DNA of 64,000 nucleotides from Candidatus Eiseniibacteriota bacterium (GTDB lineage Bacteria; Eisenbacteria; RBG-16-71-46): NCBI GenBank assembly GCA_963744995.1, contig CAVUWA010000011.1, positions 288,001 to 352,000 of the forward strand, read 5' to 3'. Shown piece by piece: positions 37,955 to 47,391 of this stretch (position 1 is its first letter; each line of letters starts with the position of its first letter). The notes under the pieces were generated by a model. It saw only the letters and a program-made list of their open reading frames with translations, ran no database searches and was not told where the DNA came from. The position numbers and the translations under genes were made by a program.

Positions 37955-38497
37955 ATGTCTCGAGAAACCGAGCGCCTGTCCGGGTCCGCGACCACCGCCG
38001 TTCGCGACGCTGCGGCGCCCGAGTGGCTGAGCGGCCAGATCGCGCCGCGCGACGCCGCAGGACCCGCGTTGATCACCGGACATCTGGAAGGCATCGACGA
38101 CGAAGGATGCCTTCTGTTCGTTCCCGAAGGCGAAACGCGGGCTTTTCCGGTGGCGATCGGCATGGAGATCTCGGACGGGGTGCTGGTGCGCGCGGCGCGG
38201 CGCCGTTCGCGTGCGGCGGTGATGCGCACCGCCGACCCCGCGGCACGCTGGCTGCTGGTCGGCCTCGTGCGCGAGCGCGTGTCGGCGAAGGCGCGCGATG
38301 CCGGGCGCGGCCGACTCGAGGTCAAGGTGGACGGCGAGCGCATCCGGCTCGAGGCCGAGCACGACATCGAGCTCAAGTGCGGGAGCGCCAGCATCACGCT
38401 GCGCTACGACGGCCGCATCGAGGTCAAGGGTACGCACATTCTATCCGCTTCGCGTGGTGCCAACCGCGTGAAGGGCGCGACGATCGCGCTCAATTGA
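37955..38497 (+). CDS. DUF6484-like T6SS accessory protein (OB-like region plus VgrG-tip-like C terminus)
   Basis: VDGERIRLEAEHDIELKCGSASITLRYDGRIEVKG...VKGATIALN. Confidence 0.75.
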   Translation: MSRETERLSGSATTAVRDAAAPEWLSGQIAPRDAAGPALITGHLEGIDDEGCLLFVPEGETRAFPVAIGMEISDGVLVRAARRRSRAAVMRTADPAARWLLVGLVRERVSAKARDAGRGRLEVKVDGERIRLEAEHDIELKCGSASITLRYDGRIEVKGTHILSASRGANRVKGATIALN

Positions 38498-38507
38498 CGG
38501 ACGCTTC

Positions 38508-39692
38508 GTGAATCCCCCCACGGCCGCCGCGGCGTCGCGTCCGGCAATCCCGGACGTGGTCGCCGAACATCTCGAAGAGTACGGCTTCCTCACGCTGCAG
38601 CGGCGCAAGCTGCTGTTCGCCGCCGACTTCGCCGAACGCCGGCTGCCGGCCCACGACGAGCGCCTCGCCGCGCACTGGGACGGACTCGTCACGAACATGC
38701 CGGCGAGCGCCGAGCTGGCCGCCGAAAAGCTCGAAGAGGCCGAGGACCCGTGGGCGCTGGCGAGCGCCGCGCGCGCGTGGCTCGCGCTCGCGCGCCCCGC
38801 CACGGACGAGATCCTGAAGCGCTGGGCCGAGCTCGCGCCGGAAGCGGCCCCGGCGTGGCGCGAGGCGCTGCGCGGGCTCGATCGCGACACGCTGGATGCG
38901 CTGATCCCGCCGCACCTCCGGCGCAAGCTCGCGCCACAGGCGCTCGCGCTCATGGTGGACGCCGTCGCCTGGCACGGCGACGTCGAGCTCGCCGTGGATT
39001 CGGCGCAGCATCCGGAGCCCTTCGTGCGCCTGGCGGTCGCGCGCGCGCTCGGGATGGCCGAGGGAGCGGAATCCGTGGAAGCGCCGTTGCGCGCGCTCAG
39101 CGAAGACGCCGAAACATCCGTGCAGCGCCGCGCGCTCTGGGGCTGGGCGCGGCTCGTGCCGGATTTCGCGCTGCCGGTCGTGCGTCAGCGCGCGCGCGGC
39201 GCGGCGCCCGATCCGTTCGCGCTGCGCGTGCTCGGACTCTTGAGCGGCCCGGACGACCTGGGGCTCATCGCCGACGGCGCCGCCACCGACGCGGGCCGCC
39301 CTGCCGCGTTCCACGCGCTCGCCGATCTCGGCACCGAGGACGCGATCGAGGCCCTGGTGAAACTGCTGGCGCTGCCCGACGAGGCTGTCGTGAAAGTCGT
39401 GACCGAGGCGCTCGAGTCGGCGATCGGTGCGATTCCACGCGAAGATCCCGAGGCGCCGGCGACGCCGGCCGAGGGCCGGGCGGCGTGGGAGGGGCTCGGC
39501 GCGCCCGCGGGCGTGCGGCTCACGCGCGGGCAGCCGCGCCCGTGGCGCGGGCCGAAGTCCGAAGAGCCGATGCTGTGGCGCTGGCGCGTCGCGATCGCGA
39601 CGAACCGGCCCGACACGGCCTGGCTCGCACGCGAGGTGCCGGACGGCTTCTTCACGGCACGGCCGACGGCCGTCGCGAATCCGGGGGAGTAG
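38508..39692 (+). CDS. HEAT-repeat T6SS accessory protein (TIGR02270-like)
   Basis: IPDVVAEHLEEYGFL...DERLAAHWDGL, HEAT-like helices. Confidence 0.75.
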   Translation: MNPPTAAAASRPAIPDVVAEHLEEYGFLTLQRRKLLFAADFAERRLPAHDERLAAHWDGLVTNMPASAELAAEKLEEAEDPWALASAARAWLALARPATDEILKRWAELAPEAAPAWREALRGLDRDTLDALIPPHLRRKLAPQALALMVDAVAWHGDVELAVDSAQHPEPFVRLAVARALGMAEGAESVEAPLRALSEDAETSVQRRALWGWARLVPDFALPVVRQRARGAAPDPFALRVLGLLSGPDDLGLIADGAATDAGRPAAFHALADLGTEDAIEALVKLLALPDEAVVKVVTEALESAIGAIPREDPEAPATPAEGRAAWEGLGAPAGVRLTRGQPRPWRGPKSEEPMLWRWRVAIATNRPDTAWLAREVPDGFFTARPTAVANPGE

Positions 39693-39696
39693 GGCG

Positions 39697-40764
39697 TTGG
39701 AAGTCCGCAACAGAACGAGGCACGTCGCCGGATTCTCGGTGCAGCTCGACAGGAACGGTGGCGAGCACATGGTCGTGTGTGTGCGAGGTGCGTGGTCACT
39801 GGACGACCGCGGCCGCCTCGTGCTCATGGACGAGCCGCCGCCGTTTCTCCCCGCCGACGAATGCATCGGCGAGCCCGGCATGAGCAGCGTGCGCTGGGAA
39901 GCCGATCTGGGGCCGATGAAGCCGGGCACCGACTGCGCGCTCACGGGCGTCGCGGTCGCGCCGAAGGGTCGCGCCCGTGCCGTGAACGTGTCGTTCCGCG
40001 TCGGCCCGGTGGCGAAGAAGGCGCGCGTCACCGGCGAGCGCAGGACGCTGTTCTGGTTCCTCAAGTGGTGGCACTCGCCGGCGAAGGCGTTCCAGCGCGT
40101 GCCGCTCGCGTGGGAACTGGCGAAGGGCGGCAGCGACGAGACACCGAAGAACGACAAGCATCACTCGCTGGATCTGAACAATCCACTGGGTCGCGGCTTC
40201 CGCGCGCGCGGCTCGAAGCAGAAGTGCATCGGCCAGCCGCAGCCGCAGATCTTCGCGCCGCGCGGCTGCCTGGGGCTCATGGCCGCGCGCGAGCCGGGCG
40301 GCTTCGGGCTCACCGGCGGGCATTGGAAGCACCGGCGCAAATACGCCGGGACCTACGACGACGCGTGGACCGAGAACCGCGCGCCGCTGCTGCCGGAAGA
40401 TTTCGACGAGCGGTTTCACCTGGCCGCGGCGCCGGGGCTCTCGACCGAGACCCATCTCACGGGCGGCGAGTCGGTGGAGGTCCGCGGCGCGACGCCGTCC
40501 GGGAAGCTCGCGTTCCGGCTTCCGCAAGTCCGGCTCGACGTGCGGGCGACGCTCGACGGCGCGCCTGAGCCGATCGAGATGAAGCTCGTGACCGTGCAGG
40601 TGGACACGGCGCTGATGCAGCTGCGCATGACGTGGCGCGGCGACCTGTACGTGCACGGGCGCTTCCCGAAACTCAAGTTCGTGGACGTCGCCGAGCCGGG
40701 CCAGACGCGCACCCGGACCGTCCGCGGCGGCGCGGCGGCCGACGACGAGCGGGGCGCAGCGTGA
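39697..40764 (+). CDS. DUF2169 T6SS adaptor
   Basis: DLGPMKPGTDC, NPLGRG, RKYAGTYDDAW, PLLPEDFD; TTG start inferred. Confidence 0.9.
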   Translation: MEVRNRTRHVAGFSVQLDRNGGEHMVVCVRGAWSLDDRGRLVLMDEPPPFLPADECIGEPGMSSVRWEADLGPMKPGTDCALTGVAVAPKGRARAVNVSFRVGPVAKKARVTGERRTLFWFLKWWHSPAKAFQRVPLAWELAKGGSDETPKNDKHHSLDLNNPLGRGFRARGSKQKCIGQPQPQIFAPRGCLGLMAAREPGGFGLTGGHWKHRRKYAGTYDDAWTENRAPLLPEDFDERFHLAAAPGLSTETHLTGGESVEVRGATPSGKLAFRLPQVRLDVRATLDGAPEPIEMKLVTVQVDTALMQLRMTWRGDLYVHGRFPKLKFVDVAEPGQTRTRTVRGGAAADDERGAA

Positions 40765-40801
40765 GAACACAGGGTCCGGCAGCCGGGGCCGGGACGCTCG
40801 T

Positions 40802-41908
40802 ATGGCGGAGAGGCAGCACGTGAGCGGCGTCGCGGTCGACATCATCGGCATGGGTGCGTTGACGCCGGTCGGGCTGTCCGCGCCCGCGACGGCCGCGGCG
40901 CTGCGCGCGGGCGTGCCACGCATGCTGGCATTCGAGGGCTGGACCGACGATGGACTCGATCCGAACCCGGAGTTCGTCGGCGGGCGCGTGCCGACCGAGC
41001 GCCTGCTTGGCACGATCGAAGAGGCGTGGCCTGGGCACGAGCGCTGGAACCTGAAGCTGCCGAAGCCGCACGTGCTGATCGAACCCGATCAGGCGCGGCT
41101 GCTGACGCTCGCGGTGCCGGCGGCCGAGGAGGCCTGGGACGACGCGGGCCGGCCCGCGGGGCGCGCCGGCATCTATCTGGGCCTCGACGAGGGCGATTCG
41201 GCGACGGCGGTCGCCGACGCGGTCGGCGACCGGCTCGGCAAGACGTTCGACCTGTTGCGCGCCGACAGGACCGGCCGCGCCGCGGGGCTCGCGGCGCTGC
41301 ACCGCGCGACACGGCATCTGGCCGACGGACGCGTGGAGGTGGCACTGGTGGGCGGCGTGGATTCGCTGTTGCGCCGCGCCTCGGTGGCGCGCCAGCTCGA
41401 GCGCGGCGTGCTGCACCACGACAAGAATCCTTCGGGCGTGATTCCCGGCGAGGGCGCGGCGTTCGTGGTGCTGCAGGCCGCGGGGCTCGCGCGACCGCTG
41501 GCGCGGCTCTCGGCGAGCGCGCTGGCCGAGGAGCCGACCGCGGGGACGGATTCGCCCAATCAGGGAGAAGGGCTTACGCTGGCGCTGCGCAAGGCGCGCT
41601 CGCGCGGCCGCGCGCTTGAGGCGTGGCCGCGGATCGTGTGCGACCTGAACGGCGATCGCTACCGTGCGCTCGAGTGGAGCCTCGCCAGCGTGCGCGCGCT
41701 CGGCGATCTTCGCGAGAGTCCGGCGAGCGGCCCGGAGTGGCTGCCCGCGGAGTGGATGGGCGACGCGGGCGCGGCGGCGGGCATCGTGGGCGTGATCTGG
41801 GCGGTGAGCGCGATGCGAAAAGGTTACGCTCGCGCGGACCGGGTGCTGGTGTGGGGCGCTTCCGACGGCCCGCTGCGCGCGGCCGCGATCCTGAGCCTGG
41901 AGGACTGA
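40802..41908 (+). CDS. Thiolase/ketoacyl-synthase-like T6SS accessory protein
   Basis: TPVGLSAPATAAA, LVGGVDS, IPGEGAAF, DLNGDRYR; follows DUF2169. Confidence 0.85.
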   Translation: MAERQHVSGVAVDIIGMGALTPVGLSAPATAAALRAGVPRMLAFEGWTDDGLDPNPEFVGGRVPTERLLGTIEEAWPGHERWNLKLPKPHVLIEPDQARLLTLAVPAAEEAWDDAGRPAGRAGIYLGLDEGDSATAVADAVGDRLGKTFDLLRADRTGRAAGLAALHRATRHLADGRVEVALVGGVDSLLRRASVARQLERGVLHHDKNPSGVIPGEGAAFVVLQAAGLARPLARLSASALAEEPTAGTDSPNQGEGLTLALRKARSRGRALEAWPRIVCDLNGDRYRALEWSLASVRALGDLRESPASGPEWLPAEWMGDAGAAAGIVGVIWAVSAMRKGYARADRVLVWGASDGPLRAAAILSLED

Positions 41909-41909
41909 C

Positions 41910-43178
41910 ATGCCGGCGACCGTGAACGCCAACAAGATGTCGCTCGTCCACAAGAGCTCGGTCGGCATCTCGTCGATCTTTCCCGACGCGTGCAAGACGC
42001 CGACGCCGGGCGGGCCCGTGCCGATTCCCTATCCCAACATCGCGATGTCCTCGGACACGGCGGACGGCTCTTCCACCGTCAAAGTCGACGGCAATCCGAT
42101 CATGACCAAAGCCTCGAACTACGGCCGCAGCAGCGGCGACGAGGCCGGCACCGCGATGGGCGTCGTGTCGAACAAGAACATGGGCAAGGCAACGCCGGTG
42201 GTGACCTCCATGGACGTGAAGGTGGACGGCAACGGCGCGTTCCGGCTGGCCGACATGATGCAGCAGAACGTGGGCGGATCGGGAAATACGCCGCCCGGGA
42301 CCAACGTGCAGCCTCCGGTGCTGGGGGTGCCGGGCGACTCCAAGGAGTGCGAGAAAACGGAAGAGAAAGCCAAGACCCAGGCCGCCGACGGCACCTCGTG
42401 GGGCAAGAGTGGCATCGTCGGCGAGCACCACGGCCCGATCCAGACCGCGGCCAGCGACAACGAGGCCGTGATGTACTTCCGCGCCACCAAGGCCATCTGC
42501 GGCAAGTGGATCAGCATGAACCACCGCCCGAAGCCGCACAGCTGCATCTCGGGCACGACGATCAAGGGCAGCGACGCCCCCGCCGTGCAGGCGTGGCTCG
42601 ACGATCTGTTCGCCCGCATGCATCCGCTCGAGGCCGAGCTCTACCCGCCCGCGGCGCCGCCCGAAGTGACCAACCGGTTCTACAGCCGCACCGGCTCCGA
42701 CTACGTCGGCATCGTCGGCCAGGGCGTGGGCGGCGGGAAGATCAAGCCCCTCAAGGGCAGCGGCCGGCAGACGATCTCGTACGACGGCAAATGGATGACC
42801 GGCGACTACGACCTGTTCGAAGTGGTGAAGACCGGCGACGCGTGCGAGAAGGTGACCGGCGACGATTTCGCCAAGCTCCGCGACGCGGTCAACAAGGGCT
42901 GCAACTGGGATGCGATCCAGCATCCCGCGCAGGCGCAGTGGGTGCCGGACGAGCACGACCACGCAGCGGGCATCGCCAAGTTCGACATGAACCAGGAAGT
43001 GAAGGCGGTCCTCCAGGGCAAGTCGCCCGTCGACCATGCGATCAAGTTCCACCCCGAGCGCAATCCGATGCCGATCATCGACTCGCCCCTCACTGTGGTG
43101 TCGGGCGGCGGCAGCGTGTGCCTCGACGAGAAGGAAGACGTGAAGGACGCGCTGATCTGCCAGGGGTGCGCGAAGTGA
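41910..43178 (+). CDS. DUF4150 PAAR-like protein with C-terminal EF/CyaA/ExoY-like toxin domain
   Basis: FPDACKTP...PIPYPN, SSGDEAG; C-terminal SGIVGEH...MYFR, TGDYDLF, IQH. Confidence 0.82.
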   Translation: MPATVNANKMSLVHKSSVGISSIFPDACKTPTPGGPVPIPYPNIAMSSDTADGSSTVKVDGNPIMTKASNYGRSSGDEAGTAMGVVSNKNMGKATPVVTSMDVKVDGNGAFRLADMMQQNVGGSGNTPPGTNVQPPVLGVPGDSKECEKTEEKAKTQAADGTSWGKSGIVGEHHGPIQTAASDNEAVMYFRATKAICGKWISMNHRPKPHSCISGTTIKGSDAPAVQAWLDDLFARMHPLEAELYPPAAPPEVTNRFYSRTGSDYVGIVGQGVGGGKIKPLKGSGRQTISYDGKWMTGDYDLFEVVKTGDACEKVTGDDFAKLRDAVNKGCNWDAIQHPAQAQWVPDEHDHAAGIAKFDMNQEVKAVLQGKSPVDHAIKFHPERNPMPIIDSPLTVVSGGGSVCLDEKEDVKDALICQGCAK

Positions 43179-43206
43179 TGCACGCCGCAGGCGGAGTGCG
43201 CGAGCC

Positions 43207-44010
43207 ATGAGCGACGCACTCACCCGCGAAGAGCGCGACTCGCTGCTCATGCGCATCCGCGCCGCGGGGGCGGCGCTCTACCCGACCGAGGGCCCGCCGC
43301 CTCCCAAGCCGCAGCGACCGCGGATCCGCGACGCCTACTACGCGCTGCTCGGCGAGTACGCCGACCGCCTGCCGCGGGTGCTGATGAGCGCGTGCCCGTT
43401 CACCGGCGCGCCGCTCAAGCGCTCGATCGATCCTTTCGGCTTCGACGGCCCATGGTGGTTCAAGGACCGCACGTTCACGCCGGACGAGCCCGCCGCGCCG
43501 CCGTCGTTCAAGGTGCTGCTCGGCGCGATCCAGCTCAACGGCCGCGAGCCCGCGGAGTCGCAGGACACCGTGCTGGCCGGCCCGGACGCGCCGTACGTCG
43601 TGCCGCGGCTCCTGAACCTGCCCGGCATGGTCGCGGTGATCCACCGGCTCGACCTCGCGACCGGCGACGTCGCCTGGCCGATCGGGTATTTCTCGGAAGA
43701 AGAGATCCATCCCGCCGCGCTGCACCAGTTCTGGACGCGCCCCGAGATGTGGTTCGAGAACGAGGCCGGACAGAAGCTCTGGATCTACAAGAACGACGTC
43801 TGGGACTTCGAGCTGGCACCGTGGATCGAGCGCGGCAAGCTCAGGTGGCTGAAGCCCGGCGCGGAGAAACCCGAAGTCCTCGGCGCCGAAGCCGGCCCGT
43901 GTCCGTACCAGGCACTTCCCGGCGACCACGCGCCGCAGGCGATCGGCGGCGGCCAGCGCGAGCTGGAGGATCTTCCGACCGGCGAGCCGGCGATGCCGTT
44001 CGAGGAGTAG
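43207..44010 (+). CDS. Hypothetical protein, candidate cognate immunity protein
   Basis: Directly downstream of PAAR toxin, no signal peptide, acidic and Trp-rich; function inferred from position. Confidence 0.55.
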   Translation: MSDALTREERDSLLMRIRAAGAALYPTEGPPPPKPQRPRIRDAYYALLGEYADRLPRVLMSACPFTGAPLKRSIDPFGFDGPWWFKDRTFTPDEPAAPPSFKVLLGAIQLNGREPAESQDTVLAGPDAPYVVPRLLNLPGMVAVIHRLDLATGDVAWPIGYFSEEEIHPAALHQFWTRPEMWFENEAGQKLWIYKNDVWDFELAPWIERGKLRWLKPGAEKPEVLGAEAGPCPYQALPGDHAPQAIGGGQRELEDLPTGEPAMPFEE

Positions 44011-44891
44011 TGGCGGGCCCCGCCGGCAAGTTGCGGCCGGCTCCAGCCGGCCCTGCCGGGCTCGCGCTCGTCATCGGCCTTGCCGCGCTGCTCGCCGCCG
44101 CCCGGCCCGCGCCTGCGGCCGCCGTGGACTGGTCGGAGGCGCCCTCCGGCCTCGAGCAGCAGGCGCTCGCCGACACGCACTTCGTCTGGCAGACCCTGCG
44201 CGGCGAGGCGGTACGCGTCCACTACGTGTCCGGCACGTTCGCCGCGCGGCACATCGTCGCGCTCGAGCGCAGCGCGGACGCCTCGGTGAAGCGGGCCATG
44301 CAGGTGGTCGGCGTGGAACGCTACGAGCGGCCGGTGGACGTGTTCTTCTTCCAGAGCCGCGACCAGCTCGTGGACTTCCTGGGCGTCCCGGCCACCGGCT
44401 ACGCCGACTGGCGCTCGAGCAGCCTGTTCCTGGTCTGCAGCCCCACCTGGCGCGACTTCGACACGCACGAGATCACGCACATCCTCGCGCTGAATGCATG
44501 GGGCGAGCCCGCGGAGCCCGTATGGTGGATCCGCGAGGGCCTCTCCGTGTATGCCGACGGCCGCTGCCGCGAGCATGCCGTGCGCGCGCTCTGCGCCGAA
44601 TACCTGCGGCGCGGGAAGCTGCCGCACGTGCGCGATCTGATCTTCAAGTTCCGCGAGGTCGGCGAAATGCCGGGCTATCTCGGCAGCGGCAGCTTCGTGG
44701 GGTTCCTGTACGAGACGTTCGGCCGGGATGCCGTGAAGAAGATCTGGCAGCAGGGAGGCGAAGCCATCGAGAAGATCCTGGACACGAGCCTCGAAGAGCT
44801 CGATGCCCGCTGGCGCGGGTCGCTGAAGAGCGCCGGCGACGGGATCGACCCCGAGGAGTGGAAGCAGGTGCTGGACAAGGGCTGCGGGTGA
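44010..44891 (+). CDS. Exported gluzincin (clan MA-like) metallopeptidase
   Basis: Signal peptide, HEITH plus downstream WIREGL; GTG start overlaps upstream stop. Confidence 0.7.
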   Translation: MAGPAGKLRPAPAGPAGLALVIGLAALLAAARPAPAAAVDWSEAPSGLEQQALADTHFVWQTLRGEAVRVHYVSGTFAARHIVALERSADASVKRAMQVVGVERYERPVDVFFFQSRDQLVDFLGVPATGYADWRSSSLFLVCSPTWRDFDTHEITHILALNAWGEPAEPVWWIREGLSVYADGRCREHAVRALCAEYLRRGKLPHVRDLIFKFREVGEMPGYLGSGSFVGFLYETFGRDAVKKIWQQGGEAIEKILDTSLEELDARWRGSLKSAGDGIDPEEWKQVLDKGCG

Positions 44892-45001
44892 GATCGGCAG
44901 CGGCCGGCGCGCGCTGAGCCCGGATCACCGGCGCGCCGCGCGGGCGCCCGCGCCCCGCGCCCCGCTCCGGGCGGAGGCCGTGGGCGTGGCCGGGAAGCGC
45001 C

Positions 45002-47275
45002 CTAGTTCTGCGTCAGCTTCGACGCCTTCATGTTGATCGCCGAGTTGCCCTTGAAGTCGATGTTGCCGCCCTTGATGACGATGTCGCCGCCCTCGAGGGT
45101 GATCGAGGCGCCGCCCTGTTTGATCGTGATCTTGGAGTCGGCCTCGAGCGTGATCTCCTTGGCCTTGACCCCATAGGCCTTGGTGATCTCGTTCTTGTTC
45201 GTGCCCTTGACGGTGACGGTGGCGTCCTTGGTCACCGAGATCGTGAGGCCGCCCTCGACCTTGATGCCGGCCTCGTGGTCGACGGTCAGGCTGAGGTTCT
45301 TGCCGACGCTGATGTTGGAGTTGTCCTTCGACGACAGGTCGTAGTCGGCCCCGGCGCTCTGCGTCATCTTCTTGCCGGTCGAGAACGAGCCCTCGCCGCC
45401 GAAGTCGATGCTGCCGCCGCCGCCCGCGGACCAGCCGGCGTCCTTCGCCACGGTCACGCCCTGCTTGCCGGTGATGTTCTCGTTGTGGTCGCCGGTGACC
45501 TCGATCGTGCGGCTGCCGCCGATGTTCTCCTCCACGTTCTGCTTCACTCGGAGGCTCATGTCCGCGTCGATGTCCTCGGTGTGCTTCTTGTGCACGTGGA
45601 TCGTCTTGTTGCCCTTCACTTCCTCGGACTGGTCGTTGTCGATCACGTTCTTGCGGTCGCGCCCGACCCACAGCGTCTGGTCGTTCTCGACCTCGGTGTC
45701 CATGTTCTTCTGGGCGTGGATCTTGATCTGTTCCTCGCCGGTCTTGTCCTCGAAGCTCAGCTCGTTGGCATCGTCGGCGCCGCCGCCGCTCGAGCTGCGC
45801 GTCAGCAGCCCGCTGCGGGTGGCATCGCCGGGCTGCCCGAACGGCGGCGCGTTCTTGCCGTTGTAGAGGCTGCCGATCACGATCGGGCGGTTGATGTCGC
45901 CCTCGATGAACTGGACGATCACCTCCTGTCCGACGCGCGGGATGTGCAGCGCGCCCCAGCCGGCGCCGGCCCACGCCTGCGCGACGCGCAGCCAGCAGCC
46001 CTCGGTATCCTCGCGGTCCCACGGGAAGTGCACCTTGATGCGGCCGTACTTGTCGGTCCAGATCTCGCCCTCGCCGATCACGGTCGCGGTGTGCGGGCCG
46101 AGCATGAACGGGCGCGGCGTCGTGCGTTCGGGCCGGAACGGTGTCTTGCCGGGCTGCATGAAGTAGCGCGCCTGGAACATCGGCTCGTCTTCGGGCTTCT
46201 CGGCGCCTTCGGTCTTCACATTCTCGCGGCCGGTGGAGCTGGCGGCGTCGAAGCCCGGCTGGAACAGCCGGTACTCGGCGCCGATGACCAGCAACTCGCG
46301 GTTCTGGTCGTCGCGCGGGTGGCCCGTGATCTCGAACAGCGCGCCCGTGGTGAGGCCGCGCGCGTTGCTGCGGCCGGCCACGCGGTCGTGCTGCGCCTGC
46401 AGGGCTTCGAGGCGGATGCGTGCGAACAGCTCGCCACGATCGGTGCGGTTGCCGTCGCCATCGTTGCCGGCGTCCACGGCGTCCACGTAGCCCGCGATCG
46501 GGTCATACTGTTCGAGGCTCGCGTGCTTGTGTTTGAGCGGCTTGCTCGACTTGGCCTGCAGGTCGGCCCCCGGCACCTCGAAATCGTAATCGTTGACCGC
46601 GTAGGTGCCGGTGACCACGCCGTGCGACACGCGCAGCTCGGAGAAGTGCTCTTCGCGCGGGTTCGCGTTCACCTTGGGGTCGATGAAGGCGAGCTTCTCG
46701 TAGCCCGACACGGTCTTGTGCGCGGCGCGGTCGTCGCCGAGCATCATCACGTGCTGGTCCTTGTCGTGCTCGAACCAGTAGTAGATGCCTTCCTCTTCCA
46801 TGAGCCGGGACAGAAAGTCGAAGTACGTCTCGCGGTACTGCACGACGTATTCGCGCGCCAGATAGCCGTTCTGCAGGCCCTTGTCGTTCACGTCACCGAC
46901 GCCGAGGCGGCCGATGGCCTCCTTGATGATGTCGGGCACGGTGGACTTCTTGTAGATCCTGCTGTCCGAGGCGCGGGTGAGCAGCCAGAAGAACGGCCGG
47001 AGCGTGGCGTGGTAGCGGGTGTAGCGGCCGGCGGCGGCGCCCTGGGCGATCTCGGCCACGTAGCCGTTGAAGTAGCGCGACCCTTCGGAGGTCGCGATCT
47101 CGATCGTCATCTTGTCGCCGGCGAGGGCGTCGAGGTCGAGACCCGCGTCGGGGCTGAAGAGGTCGAGGTCGTACTGGAAGGGACGCCCGAGCGCTTCGGT
47201 CGCATGGACGCGATTGACCAGCAGCTGGCCCCTGGCCAGCGACGAGTGGAGCTCGATCTGGGTGATGTCGGCCAT
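45002..47275 (-). CDS. vgrG: T6SS spike VgrG with gp5-type C-terminal repeats
   Basis: VQYRETYFDFLSRLMEEEGIYYWF, TDKYGRIKVHFPWDR, IPRVGQEV. Confidence 0.96.
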   Translation of the reverse strand: MADITQIELHSSLARGQLLVNRVHATEALGRPFQYDLDLFSPDAGLDLDALAGDKMTIEIATSEGSRYFNGYVAEIAQGAAAGRYTRYHATLRPFFWLLTRASDSRIYKKSTVPDIIKEAIGRLGVGDVNDKGLQNGYLAREYVVQYRETYFDFLSRLMEEEGIYYWFEHDKDQHVMMLGDDRAAHKTVSGYEKLAFIDPKVNANPREEHFSELRVSHGVVTGTYAVNDYDFEVPGADLQAKSSKPLKHKHASLEQYDPIAGYVDAVDAGNDGDGNRTDRGELFARIRLEALQAQHDRVAGRSNARGLTTGALFEITGHPRDDQNRELLVIGAEYRLFQPGFDAASSTGRENVKTEGAEKPEDEPMFQARYFMQPGKTPFRPERTTPRPFMLGPHTATVIGEGEIWTDKYGRIKVHFPWDREDTEGCWLRVAQAWAGAGWGALHIPRVGQEVIVQFIEGDINRPIVIGSLYNGKNAPPFGQPGDATRSGLLTRSSSGGGADDANELSFEDKTGEEQIKIHAQKNMDTEVENDQTLWVGRDRKNVIDNDQSEEVKGNKTIHVHKKHTEDIDADMSLRVKQNVEENIGGSRTIEVTGDHNENITGKQGVTVAKDAGWSAGGGGSIDFGGEGSFSTGKKMTQSAGADYDLSSKDNSNISVGKNLSLTVDHEAGIKVEGGLTISVTKDATVTVKGTNKNEITKAYGVKAKEITLEADSKITIKQGGASITLEGGDIVIKGGNIDFKGNSAINMKASKLTQN

Positions 47276-47391
47276 GCGGATCCTCTCCGGAAAGGGCCGG
47301 GTGCGACAGCGCGTCCGCGCAGAATACCCGCGCGATGCGCTGCGGGAAAGCGGACTTGCGGCCGCGCCCCGCGGCTGGCCATATTGCGGCC

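Noticed and set aside
40802..41908. Fatty-acid or polyketide biosynthesis gene
   Set aside because: Context is the DUF2169/PAAR cluster, no catalytic Cys is evident, and no ACP or other PKS genes are present
45002..45700. Evolved VgrG with a C-terminal effector domain
   Set aside because: The C terminus is gp5-type beta-helix repeats ending in a normal tip; no enzymatic motif seen
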